This document shows, one piece after another, positions 50,806 through 60,880 of a stretch of DNA of 64,000 nucleotides (the stretch's first letter is position 1; every line of letters starts with the position of its first letter). Below the pieces are notes generated by a model. The model was not told where the DNA came from and did not search any database. It saw only the letters and a program-made list of their open reading frames with translations. Position numbers and translations under genes: made by a program. The stretch is taken from contig CAZHLM010000001.1 in assembly GCA_964533295.1 (NCBI GenBank), positions 112,498-176,497 on the forward strand, given 5' to 3'. Origin of the DNA: an uncultured Verrucomicrobiota bacterium (GTDB taxonomy: Bacteria; Verrucomicrobiota; Verrucomicrobiia; Palsa-1439).

Positions 50806-51200
50806 TGTGCGCCCGTCACAAGGACGCCACATTAGCGTTCAATGAGCTACACCTTGTACGCGCCAAATGGCGCTTGTGTGCCGGCAGGAGTTGCAGTACC
50901 GTGAAAGTGTAGCCATTGCAGCCTCGACGATGCCCTTCCCTTTACGCGGAACCATCGACAACATTCACGCGGCATAGGTCTGGCGGCGTGGGTGGAGTGG
51001 CTGCCTAAGCCGGACCGAAGGCCAGGGCGAGCCGAACTTTCGCCGCTACCCTACCCTGGTAGGGTCTCTCCCAAAAAACGGCTTCACTGTAGAGCATCGT
51101 CGGCGACGTCAGGGCCTCGACCGGACGGGCCCGAACGCAGTTTGTGTTCGGGCCCGTCCATTATTACCAGTGACAGTGGTCAGAAGACGAGGCGTTCAGG

Positions 51201-51776
51201 ATGTACGACGTCCTCAGGTCCCAACTCAGCGACCAGCTTCGCTTGCCCAGTGACGCCCCGAGCGTGAATTGCGAGCTGAGACGGAACAATCTCTGGCTGT
51301 TTACCGACCCGGTCGCCCGGCACCTTTACGCGAAACGGAAACGGCTGGGCCAGCTGAAGCACGACATTCAGGCCCACGTCATGCGTAATCACTGCTGGGC
51401 CGCTGAAGAGCTGGCGCTTGCGCGTGAGATCCTCCGCCTGGTGCACACCGGCGTGCTTTGGCCCAAGGGCACTTTCGGCTACCTGAGCCCACACCCGCCG
51501 GTATACCGCGCCGTGCGCGAGGACGTGCTGACGATCGACGGTCAGAAATATCACTTCCGCGCCGGTAACGATCTCGTCTTCGTGCCCTGGCTGGCGCGGG
51601 CGTCGTCCCCCGGTCTTTCTGGACCCGTGAAAATTGGTCGATTGCAGACGGTCACGGACCTTTGCCTGTGCTGCGAAGCATTCCCGTTCGTGAGCACACT
51701 CTGCTCAAGAGCCATCGCTCACCTGCAGAAGACAGTCCCCGACAACGCGCTTTCACGCCTCACCCGTCATCCATAA
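51201..51776 (+). CDS. uncharacterised family, paralog 3 with extended Cys-containing C-terminus
   Basis: LWLFTDPVAR ... DIQAHVMRN ... SPHPPVYRAVREDVLTIDG core; C-terminal LCLCCEAFPFVSTLC. Confidence 0.5.
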   Translation: MYDVLRSQLSDQLRLPSDAPSVNCELRRNNLWLFTDPVARHLYAKRKRLGQLKHDIQAHVMRNHCWAAEELALAREILRLVHTGVLWPKGTFGYLSPHPPVYRAVREDVLTIDGQKYHFRAGNDLVFVPWLARASSPGLSGPVKIGRLQTVTDLCLCCEAFPFVSTLCSRAIAHLQKTVPDNALSRLTRHP

Positions 51777-51944
51777 CCAGATCGCCGGAATTGTCCGCGC
51801 ACAATCAGTTGCGCCGATGAGGGAGTCAGTGTAGACTAAAAATCTTACAGCGTGTAAGTTTATGGCGCGCCTGCATTGTCACTATCTTCCGGACGCGTCG
51901 TTCGATTGAAGTAGACGATTTGCACGATCTGCGGAACTGGGGCC

Positions 51945-53807
51945 ATGCCACCGTTCACAATTGTCCCGCTGATTTTGCTTTTCCCGATCCTTGGCCTTCT
52001 CATCAATCTTACTCTTGGCAGCCGGCGAGACGAGAAGTGGATAGGGAGGGTGGCCTGCAGCGCCGTCGCAGCGTCGTTCGCCGTGGCGGTGACGATGCTG
52101 GACACCCTGCTGCGCGAGCCGCAGGGCGGCGAGGTCATGCTCTGGGAGTGGTTGAGGATCGGAACGTTGACCATCCCGGTGACCCTGAAAGTAGACGCGC
52201 TCGCCACGACGATGAGCCTGGTGGTGACCGGCGTCGGAACGCTTATCCACATCTATGCCATCGGGTACATGGGGGGCGATCCCCGCTTCCGGAGCTTCTT
52301 CATCTATCTTAATCTGTTTGTTGCGGCGATGCTGGTGCTGGTGCTGGCCGACAATTATCTGCTGCTCTTCATCGGCTGGGAGCTGGTGGGGCTGTGTTCG
52401 TACTTACTCATCGGTTTCTGGTTCGAGGACCTGAACAACGTGGTGGCGGCGAGAAAAGCGTTCATCGTCAATCGCGTGGGTGATGTCGCTTTTCTGTTGG
52501 GCCTCATTCTGATCTTCTGGACCTTCGATAGCCTGCGTTACGCCGAAGTGTTCTCCAATGCCAAGGCGACATTCCGCGCGGGCGCACCCGTGGTTACGGC
52601 CATCACGTTGCTCCTGTTCATGGGTGTCACGGGAAAGAGCGCCCAGATCCCGCTGTTCATCTGGCTGCCGGATGCGATGGCGGGGCCGACTCCGGTCTCG
52701 GCCCTCATCCATGCGGCCACGATGGTGACCGCTGGGGTGTACCTGATCGCGCGCAGCCAGGCGCTCTTCGACCTGGCGCCACTGACTCAATCCATCATTG
52801 CCTGGACCGGCGGTGTGACCGCACTGTTCGCCGCCACGATCGCCATCGCGCAGTGGGATATGAAGAAGGTGATGGCCTACTCAACCATCAGCCAGCTCGG
52901 CTACATGATCGCCGCAGTTGGGCTGGGCGGCTACATCGCCGGGCTCTTTCACCTGATCATCCATGCCTTCTTCAAGGCGCTGCTCTTTCTAAGCGCAGGT
53001 TCGGTGATGCACGGCTGTGGCAACGAGGGCGACATGCGCCGCCTCGGGGGGTTGCGCCGGGCCATGCCAATCACGTTCGCCACCTTCATCATCGGCGGCC
53101 TGGGGTTGGCAGGCGTGCCGGCCTTCGCCGGCTTCTGGAGCAAAGACGGGATCATCGCCGAAGCGTCCAGGAAGGACATGGGTGTTTTCGTGCTCCTGCT
53201 GGTCGCGACAGGCGTTACGGCCTTCTACATCTTCCGGCAACTATATCTGGTATTTGCGGGTGAACAACGCAGCCGTGCCTATCACCCCCACGAAAGCCCA
53301 CGCGTGATGACGGGGCCGCTCATCGCCCTGGCCATACTGGTCGGCGTTGGCGGGATCGTGAACGCGCCGCCTATCCACCTGCTCACGCGTTTTCTCGGCG
53401 GTGAGGCGCCGCCTTTTGAAATGAACGTTGCGGCGGCCTCAGTGGGGCTCACGGCGGCAAGTTGGGCCGCGGCCTGGGCGCTGTATGGCCGCCGGCCACT
53501 ACTCGCCAGGGAGGCCGATCCGTTGGGGCGTGTCCTCGGCCGGCTGTACAGGGTGCTGGAGCGGAAGTACTTCGTGGATGAACTCTATGGGGTCTGGATT
53601 GTGCGGCCCTATCAAGCCTTGACCCAAGTCTTCGGAGCGCTGGACCGGCGGCTCGTCGACCCGGGCATTGACCGGACGGCGGCTTTGTCGGGTGACCTCG
53701 CCAGGTGGTTGAGCCTGGCGCAGTCCGGCTACGTGCGCCGATATGCACTCTGGTTCGTGTTCGGCGCCGTGCTGGTGCTGGGCTACTTCCTGGTGGCCTC
53801 ACGCTGA
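51945..53807 (+). CDS. nuoL: NuoL/ND5-type antiporter-like subunit
   Basis: about 16 TM helices, WEWL ... LFIGWELVGLCSYLLIGFWF, conserved charged TM residues, long C-terminal helix region. Confidence 0.85.
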   Translation: MPPFTIVPLILLFPILGLLINLTLGSRRDEKWIGRVACSAVAASFAVAVTMLDTLLREPQGGEVMLWEWLRIGTLTIPVTLKVDALATTMSLVVTGVGTLIHIYAIGYMGGDPRFRSFFIYLNLFVAAMLVLVLADNYLLLFIGWELVGLCSYLLIGFWFEDLNNVVAARKAFIVNRVGDVAFLLGLILIFWTFDSLRYAEVFSNAKATFRAGAPVVTAITLLLFMGVTGKSAQIPLFIWLPDAMAGPTPVSALIHAATMVTAGVYLIARSQALFDLAPLTQSIIAWTGGVTALFAATIAIAQWDMKKVMAYSTISQLGYMIAAVGLGGYIAGLFHLIIHAFFKALLFLSAGSVMHGCGNEGDMRRLGGLRRAMPITFATFIIGGLGLAGVPAFAGFWSKDGIIAEASRKDMGVFVLLLVATGVTAFYIFRQLYLVFAGEQRSRAYHPHESPRVMTGPLIALAILVGVGGIVNAPPIHLLTRFLGGEAPPFEMNVAAASVGLTAASWAAAWALYGRRPLLAREADPLGRVLGRLYRVLERKYFVDELYGVWIVRPYQALTQVFGALDRRLVDPGIDRTAALSGDLARWLSLAQSGYVRRYALWFVFGAVLVLGYFLVASR

Positions 53808-53820
53808 TAGGGAACACGAG

Positions 53821-55893
53821 ATGAACCTGCATTCCCTGGTCTGGCTTATCCCGCTCCCTCCTTTTCTGGCCTTCGCGCTCATCATCCTGTTCACCTATCG
53901 CTGGCGGGCATTCAGCCACACGCTGGCCATTGGGATGATGGGCGTCTCGTTTGTGCTCGCTCAGGTTGTCTTCTGGAGCGGCGTGCTCAGCGGGCGGCTG
54001 GCTGAAGAACCGGTCGGCTCATCGTTGGCCTGGCTACCCTTTCGCCAGTTTGAGACCTGGCTTCGCGTTGGGGTGTTGGTGGACCCGCTCGCGGCCGTGA
54101 TGCTCTTCATGGTCACACTGACCTGCCTGCTGATTTTCATCTACAGCACGGAATATATGCGCGGCGACCCGCGCTACAGCCGCTTCTTCGCCTATCTCTC
54201 GCTCTTCGCCACCGGCATGCTCGGCCTGGTGGTCGCGGATAACTTGCTGGCGTTGTTTGTGTTCTGGGAAATCATGGGCCTGTGCTCGTACCTGCTCATC
54301 TGCTTCTGGTTTGAGAAGCCGTCCGCCTGCCGCGCGGCGATGAAAGCATTCATGACCACCCGCATCGGCGACGTGTTGATGCTCCTCGGCATCGTGAATC
54401 TGTACAGCCAGACCGGGCGGCTGGATTTTGAGACACTGTTGAGCTCTTCGACTCTGGCGATGTTGGGCGCGACGCCGTCAGTGATCCAGGGTCTCTCGGT
54501 GGCCGGGCTGGCTGGGCTGCTGATCTTCGCCGGGACGGTCGGCAAATCCGCGCAGTTCCCGCTGCACGTCTGGCTGCCGGATGCCATGGAAGGCCCGACG
54601 CCCGTGAGCGCCATGATCCACGCCGCCACCATGGTCTCGGCCGGTGTCTATCTGGTCATCCGCGTTCTGCCCCTGCTGACGGCCGGGGGAGCACCCCTTC
54701 CGGCGATGGCTCTCATTGGCGGGTTCTCGGCCTTCTTCGCCGCGACCATCGCGCTCGCGCAGGACGATGTCAAGCGCGTGATGGCGTACTCGACCATCAG
54801 CCAGCTCGCATACATGATCGCCGCCCTGGGCGTGGGTGCGTATTTCGCTGCCCTCTTCCACCTGCTGATGCACGCCGTCTTCAAGGCTCTGCTATTCCTT
54901 AGCGCCGGATCGGTCATCCACGGCGTCGAACATGGGGCGCACGTGACGTATCAACATCTGAATCCCCAGGACATGCTCAATATGGGCGGCCTGCGGCGGC
55001 GCATGCCGCGCACGTTCGTCGCGTTCATGGCTGGGGGACTCGCCCTCACGGGAATCCCGCCCTTTGCCGGCTTCTGGAGCAAGGACGCGATTCTCGGTGG
55101 GGCATTTGAAGCTTACCGCGTGTCCGGCGTGGCCTCGTGGGGGTTCTACGTCTGGCTGATGCTTTCGGCCTCGGTCTTCCTGACCGCGCTGTACGCCGGG
55201 CGGCAGATGTTCCTCGTGTTCGGCGGCGAGCCGCGGACTTCGGCAGCCGAACACGCCCACGAGACAGGCTGGGCCATCAGCCTGCCGCTGCTGGTGCTGG
55301 CGGCCTTCGCGGCGCTGGCCGGGTTCGTGGGCGTTCCGGAAGAGTTTGCGGTGCTGGGCCCGCTGCTCGGCCACAACTGGCTGCTGCGGTTTGTGAGCGA
55401 GCACTATGGCGAGGCGCGACTGAGCATTGGCGTGATGGGCTTCTCGGTGGCGCTCTCGTTGACCGGCTGGGGTGTGGCCTGGCTGCTGTACGGACGCCGG
55501 CCGTTGAAAGCCGGACAGCCGGACCCGCTCATCGCTGCGCTCGGCGGCCTCCACACACTGCTCAAGAACAAATACTACGTCGACGAGCTGTATACGGCCG
55601 TCATCGTACAGCCCGTCGTGGCCCTGGCGGGTTGGGTGTCTGACTCGGTTGACCGTGGTGCGATTGATGGACTCCTGCACACCGTCGCGCGCCTCAACCG
55701 GCGGTGGAGCGAGCTCAACCGTTTGTTTGACCGATACATCGTGAACGGGTCCAGTGACCTGCTGGGCGAAGGCGCCAAGCGTTTGGGCCGCGAATTGCGC
55801 CTTATCCAGACGGGACGCGTGCAGCACTATCTGGCCTTCTCACTGCTGATCGTCATCGTGCTGGGCGCCATCCTGCTGGTGCTCGTCCGTTGA
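53821..55893 (+). CDS. nuoL: second NuoL/ND5-type antiporter-like subunit (paralog)
   Basis: LFVFWEIMGLCSYLLICFWF, SAQFPLHVWLPDAMEGPTPVSAMIHAATMV; 690 aa. Confidence 0.85.
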   Translation: MNLHSLVWLIPLPPFLAFALIILFTYRWRAFSHTLAIGMMGVSFVLAQVVFWSGVLSGRLAEEPVGSSLAWLPFRQFETWLRVGVLVDPLAAVMLFMVTLTCLLIFIYSTEYMRGDPRYSRFFAYLSLFATGMLGLVVADNLLALFVFWEIMGLCSYLLICFWFEKPSACRAAMKAFMTTRIGDVLMLLGIVNLYSQTGRLDFETLLSSSTLAMLGATPSVIQGLSVAGLAGLLIFAGTVGKSAQFPLHVWLPDAMEGPTPVSAMIHAATMVSAGVYLVIRVLPLLTAGGAPLPAMALIGGFSAFFAATIALAQDDVKRVMAYSTISQLAYMIAALGVGAYFAALFHLLMHAVFKALLFLSAGSVIHGVEHGAHVTYQHLNPQDMLNMGGLRRRMPRTFVAFMAGGLALTGIPPFAGFWSKDAILGGAFEAYRVSGVASWGFYVWLMLSASVFLTALYAGRQMFLVFGGEPRTSAAEHAHETGWAISLPLLVLAAFAALAGFVGVPEEFAVLGPLLGHNWLLRFVSEHYGEARLSIGVMGFSVALSLTGWGVAWLLYGRRPLKAGQPDPLIAALGGLHTLLKNKYYVDELYTAVIVQPVVALAGWVSDSVDRGAIDGLLHTVARLNRRWSELNRLFDRYIVNGSSDLLGEGAKRLGRELRLIQTGRVQHYLAFSLLIVIVLGAILLVLVR

Positions 55894-55911
55894 TCTGCTC
55901 GGGAGGCCTCA

Positions 55912-57435
55912 ATGACGGACTTCGCCTCCAGTAATCTGCTCAGCCTGATGGTCTTCTCGCCCCTGATCGGCGCAGCCCTCGTCGTGGTGCTGCCCGACGG
56001 CGAGAAGGGTGTTATCCGCTGGATTGCCTTTCTCACCACACTGGTGCCGCTGGGCTTGGCCGGCTGGGCCTGGGCCCGCTTCCAGCCAGGACAGCCGGGT
56101 TACCAGTTCGAGCAGTTTACCCCCTGGTACACCGTGCTCGGGATCAGCTATCACGTAGGCGTGGATGGGATCAGTCTGCCGTTGGTGCTGCTGACAGCGC
56201 TGCTCGCGCCGCTTGCAGCATTGATCTCCTTCAGCATCTCCGAGCGTGTGAAGATGTACTTCGTGCTGTTCCTCGTCCTCGAGACCGCGATGCTAGGCAC
56301 CTTCGTCGCGCTCGACCTGATCATCTTTTTTATCTTCTTTGAGTTCACGCTGCTGCCGATGATGTTCCTGATCATGTTGTGGGGCGGCGAGAACCGTGAC
56401 TATGCCAGCATGAAGTTCATGCTATACACCATGGCCGGCAGCCTGGCGATGCTGCTGGCCTTCCAGGTGATCGGGCTCAACCTGCGCTCCTTTGACCTGG
56501 TGAATGCGGCCCGCGCCTGGCCGGCCTTCGACCGCGGGCTATTCGGCCTGAGTGCGGAGACGGCGAAGGCGATTACCTTCTGGGGCGTCTTCCTCGGCCT
56601 GGCCATCAAAGTTCCCATCTGGCCGTTTCACACCTGGCTGCCCGACGCGCACACCGAGGCCCCTACGGCGGGCAGCATGCTCCTGGCCGGAGTCCTGCTC
56701 AAACTGGGCGGGTATGGTTTCCTGCGCATCCTGCTGCCGCTCTTTCCCGAACAGTCCGCCCGGTTCGCCCCGCTTATCGCGCTGTTGGCATTGGCCGCCA
56801 TTGTATTCGGCGCGCTGGCCGCGCTGGCGCAGACGGACTTCAAGCGGCTGGTGGCGTATTCATCAGTGAATCACATGGGCCTGATCGTGCTCGGGATCGC
56901 CGTCGTGGCCGCCGCCTATGGCCGCCCCGATCTGACTGACTCCGCCGTGGTCTCTGGCAACGGCGCGGTCTTGCAGATGTTCAATCACGGCCTCACCTCG
57001 GCAGCCCTGTTCCTGCTCGTCGGCGTGATATATGAACGCGCGCACACGCGGGACTTGCGCGAATTCGGCGGACTGGGCGTCATCGTCCCGGCGTATGGCG
57101 GCATCCTATTGTTTTCGGCGCTCGCCAGCTTGGGCCTGCCCGGGCTGAACGGGTTCGTGGGTGAATTCCTGCTCTTCCGGGGCGCGTGGCCGGTGTTCAC
57201 CCTCGTCACGGCGCTGGCAACGCTAGGCCTGCTCTTCACGGGCGCCTATTTGTTGTGGATGATCCAGCGGGTGCTGCTCGGCCCGCTGAATCCTCGCCGG
57301 GCACAGCTGGACGAGATCGGCTGGCGTGAGACGCTGGCCGTGACGCCCCTGTTGGCTCTGATGGTGCTCACCGGCCTGTGGCCGAGCTGGATATTGGCGA
57401 CGATTAATGAGACGGTGAGCAGACTGTTCGGGTAA
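55912..57435 (+). CDS. nuoM: NuoM/ND4-type antiporter-like subunit
   Basis: 507 aa, 14 TM helices, WPFHTWLPDAHTEAPTAGSMLLAGV motif; GGGAGG ribosome-binding site. Confidence 0.85.
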   Translation: MTDFASSNLLSLMVFSPLIGAALVVVLPDGEKGVIRWIAFLTTLVPLGLAGWAWARFQPGQPGYQFEQFTPWYTVLGISYHVGVDGISLPLVLLTALLAPLAALISFSISERVKMYFVLFLVLETAMLGTFVALDLIIFFIFFEFTLLPMMFLIMLWGGENRDYASMKFMLYTMAGSLAMLLAFQVIGLNLRSFDLVNAARAWPAFDRGLFGLSAETAKAITFWGVFLGLAIKVPIWPFHTWLPDAHTEAPTAGSMLLAGVLLKLGGYGFLRILLPLFPEQSARFAPLIALLALAAIVFGALAALAQTDFKRLVAYSSVNHMGLIVLGIAVVAAAYGRPDLTDSAVVSGNGAVLQMFNHGLTSAALFLLVGVIYERAHTRDLREFGGLGVIVPAYGGILLFSALASLGLPGLNGFVGEFLLFRGAWPVFTLVTALATLGLLFTGAYLLWMIQRVLLGPLNPRRAQLDEIGWRETLAVTPLLALMVLTGLWPSWILATINETVSRLFG

Positions 57436-57446
57436 TCACAGGCATC

Positions 57447-58055
57447 TCATCGCTTCGTTGCCGTTGCGATGAAGAACATCCCCATCCCGTATTGCCGCAC
57501 TTGTACAGCGCCGAAGCCGCGCCGCAGTTCGTCCGGAGTCTGGCGGCTCATGTCCACCGCGCAGATGCCGGCCAGTGGCTTGAGCCAGCCCGGCACGGCG
57601 TGAACGCGCGCTCCCATCTCCAGCGAGACGAAGCGCCCGCCCGACGCCAGGACGCGTCTGATCTCTTCAATCGCACGTACATCGTTCGGGATGATGTTCA
57701 GCGCGAACGTGCAGATGGCTTTGTCGAACGAGGCCTCCGGAAAGGGCAACTGCGCCGCATCCGCCTCGCGGACTTCGACGTTCTTCCAGCCGTGCCGCGC
57801 AATCCGACGCTGTGCTCTCTCCAGCATCGCCGGGGTCAGGTCCACGCCGACGACCTGGCCTTCATCCCCCACGAGTTCGCGCAGGTGGGCGAAGTTCAGG
57901 CCGGTGCCACAGGCGACCTCCAAGACGCGGTCACCGCGCTGCGCGCCGAGCGCCAACCGGGCTTCGCGCCGGAAGGGCAGTGTCCAGGCGTGGGTCGCGT
58001 CGTAAAAGGGCGCCCACCCGGTGAAAGTCTTGCGAACGGCTTCGACGGTAAACAT
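57447..58055 (-). CDS. class I SAM-dependent methyltransferase
   Basis: VLEVACGTGLN motif I, DKAICTFAL post-I motifs. Confidence 0.7.
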   Translation of the reverse strand: MFTVEAVRKTFTGWAPFYDATHAWTLPFRREARLALGAQRGDRVLEVACGTGLNFAHLRELVGDEGQVVGVDLTPAMLERAQRRIARHGWKNVEVREADAAQLPFPEASFDKAICTFALNIIPNDVRAIEEIRRVLASGGRFVSLEMGARVHAVPGWLKPLAGICAVDMSRQTPDELRRGFGAVQVRQYGMGMFFIATATKR

Positions 58056-58149
58056 GGTCGCTTTCCTTCGTATCCACAAGCGAAGCATGCTCGCTGTGAG
58101 GGGATGTCAACCGACATACGGACCTCCGATGCCGACGAGAGGTGGATCG

Positions 58150-59724
58150 TCACGGCTCGAACGTCACCTCGGCAATCATCCCGGGCTTGAGCGCCAGGTC
58201 AGGGTTCTCCAGCCCGATGACCACGGCATACACCAGCCGCGAGCGGTCCTCCTTCGTCTGCACGTTGGTGGGCGTGAACTCGGCCTCGTCGGCCATCCGC
58301 AACACCGTGCCCGCAAACACGCGATCCGGGTAAGCGTCCACGCGCACACGGGCCGCCTGGCCGGGCGTCACCAGCCCGAAGCGCTCCTCGGGCAGGTAGA
58401 CGATCAGCTCCAATGAACTCAGCCGCCCGATCTCCAGGAGTGTCCCACCGGGCAGGGCGGTCTGCCCGACCTCGGCGTTGCGGCTGAGCACCACGCCATC
58501 CCACGGTGCTGTCAGGCTGAGTTTCTCGAGTTGGAGATCCAGCGCGTCTAGCTGGGCCTGGGCCGCATCCACCTGCGCCTGCGCGGCGTCCATCACTTCG
58601 GCGCGCGCGCCATTCCGGAGCGAGGCGAGATTGGCCGCCGCCGTGTCGCGCAGCGCCGTCGCCGCGTCTATCTGCGCCAGCAGGGTCTCCACCGAGAGCG
58701 GCACACTGGCAACACCGGCTCCGCCCGCACGCTGCCCAACCAAACTGAACGTGGCCAGATGAGATTGCGCCCGCAGGACTTCGGCCCAGGCGGCATCCAG
58801 GCGAGGCGCAGACGTGCCGGAAGTCAGCGTATCATAGGCGGCCTTGGCCGTCTCCGCCTGGTCCTGCGCATCGTTGAGCGTTGCTTCGGCGGCGTCAAGC
58901 GCCTCCGGGGTCGTGCGCGCGTCGTCCTTCAGGCTTTCAAGCCGGGCCTGAGCCTGCGCTGCATTGGCCTGGGCCACCTCCCAGTTCAAGCGCGCCAGCT
59001 CAAGTTGTGAATAGTATGGTTGCGACTCATCCTTGGCCGCTCCGTAGGCCTGTCTGGCTGCGTCCGCTGCCGCTCGGGCATCTGCGACAGCGGCCACGGC
59101 CGCGGCGATGACGGAGGCCGGGTTGCGCGTATCCTGTGCCAGTTCATCGCGCCGGGCCATCGCTTCCGACAGGTTGCCCTCCGCCGTCGTCAGCGCTGCG
59201 CGCACTTTTTCGATTTGATCGGCAGCGAAGCTGGCCGTCAGGCCGTAGTATTCGGCCCGGGCCAGCTCGAGATGGGTGCGCATGGCGGCCAGATCCTCTG
59301 GGCGCGTCCCGTTCGTTGCGGCCTCGAGCGCCGCCTGAGCCATGCGGAGGTTAGCCTGGGCCCCCGCCAGTTGTGCCTCGGCCGCGTTGATCTGATCGCC
59401 GGTGGCGCCGGCTTTCAACAGGGCCAGGTTCGCCTGTGCTGCCCGCAGCGCGGCTTCGGCCTGAGCGCGCTGAGTGCTGAGCAACGAGTCATCCAGTCTC
59501 GCCAGCGGCTGGCCGGCCGTGACCTGCTGCCCCTCCTCAACCAGAACTTCGACGACCTTGCCGCCGGTTTCCGGGGCGACGCCAACCTGGCGCGCTTCGA
59601 TCACACCGGTGGCTTCCAGCGGCGGCGCCTCTGCTGCCGCGCCGGCCTGTGACAGCCACCACCCGCCGCCTCCAGCGGCCACAAGGACAAGCACCACCGC
59701 GATGATGAGGTTTCTGTGTTTCAT
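58150..59724 (-). CDS. HlyD-family periplasmic adaptor (membrane fusion protein) with long Ala/Gln coiled coil
   Basis: N-terminal TM anchor, beta-barrel/lipoyl-like segments flanking about 300 aa of coiled coil; YbhG-like. Confidence 0.8.
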   Translation of the reverse strand: MKHRNLIIAVVLVLVAAGGGGWWLSQAGAAAEAPPLEATGVIEARQVGVAPETGGKVVEVLVEEGQQVTAGQPLARLDDSLLSTQRAQAEAALRAAQANLALLKAGATGDQINAAEAQLAGAQANLRMAQAALEAATNGTRPEDLAAMRTHLELARAEYYGLTASFAADQIEKVRAALTTAEGNLSEAMARRDELAQDTRNPASVIAAAVAAVADARAAADAARQAYGAAKDESQPYYSQLELARLNWEVAQANAAQAQARLESLKDDARTTPEALDAAEATLNDAQDQAETAKAAYDTLTSGTSAPRLDAAWAEVLRAQSHLATFSLVGQRAGGAGVASVPLSVETLLAQIDAATALRDTAAANLASLRNGARAEVMDAAQAQVDAAQAQLDALDLQLEKLSLTAPWDGVVLSRNAEVGQTALPGGTLLEIGRLSSLELIVYLPEERFGLVTPGQAARVRVDAYPDRVFAGTVLRMADEAEFTPTNVQTKEDRSRLVYAVVIGLENPDLALKPGMIAEVTFEP

Positions 59725-59736
59725 GGGTTGCTCCTT

Positions 59737-60879
59737 CTACATCAAACTGCGTCTGAACCGCGCCAGCCCGATCCCCAGGATGGCGGCGGTGAAGACTGCC
59801 AGCGCTGCGGCGTGGGGCCAGACCACACTCAGACCGGCACCCTTGAGGAACAGGCTGAGGGCCAATGACAGGTAGTGCCGCATCGGGCTGACGAACGAAA
59901 TCCATTGCAGCCAGTCGGGCATCGCCGTCACCGGCGTGATCGTGCCGGAAAGGAACATCATGGGAAACAGGACGAAGAACGCGATCAACAACGCTTGCAG
60001 CAGGTTCCGGGCGACGGTCGCAATCCAGATGCCGATGCCGGCGCTGGCGAGAAAGGCGAGCGTGGAGAGCGCGAAGAACAGCGCCAATGCAGCAGGCGCG
60101 TCGCCATGCGGGGCCACACCGAAGACCACAAAGCCCAGCGTTACGCCGATCCCCAGCCCCGCAATCTCCAGCGCCACCATCGGGATTACCTTGGCCAGGG
60201 TGAGCTCCAGGGGGCGGATCGGGGTGACCATCAACTGCTCCAGCGTGCCGGCCTCCTTCTCGCGCACGATGGCCGCCGCGGCCAGCAACGTGCCCAGCAT
60301 CACGACGGACAGCGCCACCATCGCCACCATGTTGAAATGGATGTACCGCATCTCCGGCAGGTACCAGGCCCGAACGTTATTGACGATGGACGGCAGACCA
60401 TTGACCACGGCCATCCCGGATCTGTTCAGCCGCTCTACTTCAATCCCCGTTGAGTAGCGCCGCACGATTTGGGTCACATAACCCAGGGAGAGCAGCGCCG
60501 GGTTCGACTGCGTGCCGTCGGCCAGGACCTGAATGCTCACCGGCCGGCCCCCGGCCAGATCCCGGCCGAAGTCGGGTGGGATGATCAGGCCGAGCGCGGC
60601 CTGGCCAGAATCGAGCAGCCGGTCAAGTTCAGCCTCGTCCACCGGATAGAAATCCACCTTGAACGAGTCGGCCTGGCGGAAGCGCTCGACCAGGGCGCGG
60701 CTGGCGGGCGAGTTGTCCCGGTCGAGCACCGCGGTGGGGGTATGCTTCACGTCCATCGTCAGCGCCCAACCGCACAGCACGATCTCGGCGAACGAATACA
60801 ACACCAGGAACACGATCGGGAGGTCGCGCAGGGTCTGGGTGAATTCCTTCCGAATAAGCGAACGCAGCCGGCCGTTCAT
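59737..60879 (-). CDS. ABC-2 family transporter permease
   Basis: N-terminal TM, large periplasmic loop, five C-terminal TM helices; YbhR/YbhS-like. Confidence 0.8.
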   Translation of the reverse strand: MNGRLRSLIRKEFTQTLRDLPIVFLVLYSFAEIVLCGWALTMDVKHTPTAVLDRDNSPASRALVERFRQADSFKVDFYPVDEAELDRLLDSGQAALGLIIPPDFGRDLAGGRPVSIQVLADGTQSNPALLSLGYVTQIVRRYSTGIEVERLNRSGMAVVNGLPSIVNNVRAWYLPEMRYIHFNMVAMVALSVVMLGTLLAAAAIVREKEAGTLEQLMVTPIRPLELTLAKVIPMVALEIAGLGIGVTLGFVVFGVAPHGDAPAALALFFALSTLAFLASAGIGIWIATVARNLLQALLIAFFVLFPMMFLSGTITPVTAMPDWLQWISFVSPMRHYLSLALSLFLKGAGLSVVWPHAAALAVFTAAILGIGLARFRRSLM

Positions 60880-60880
60880 A

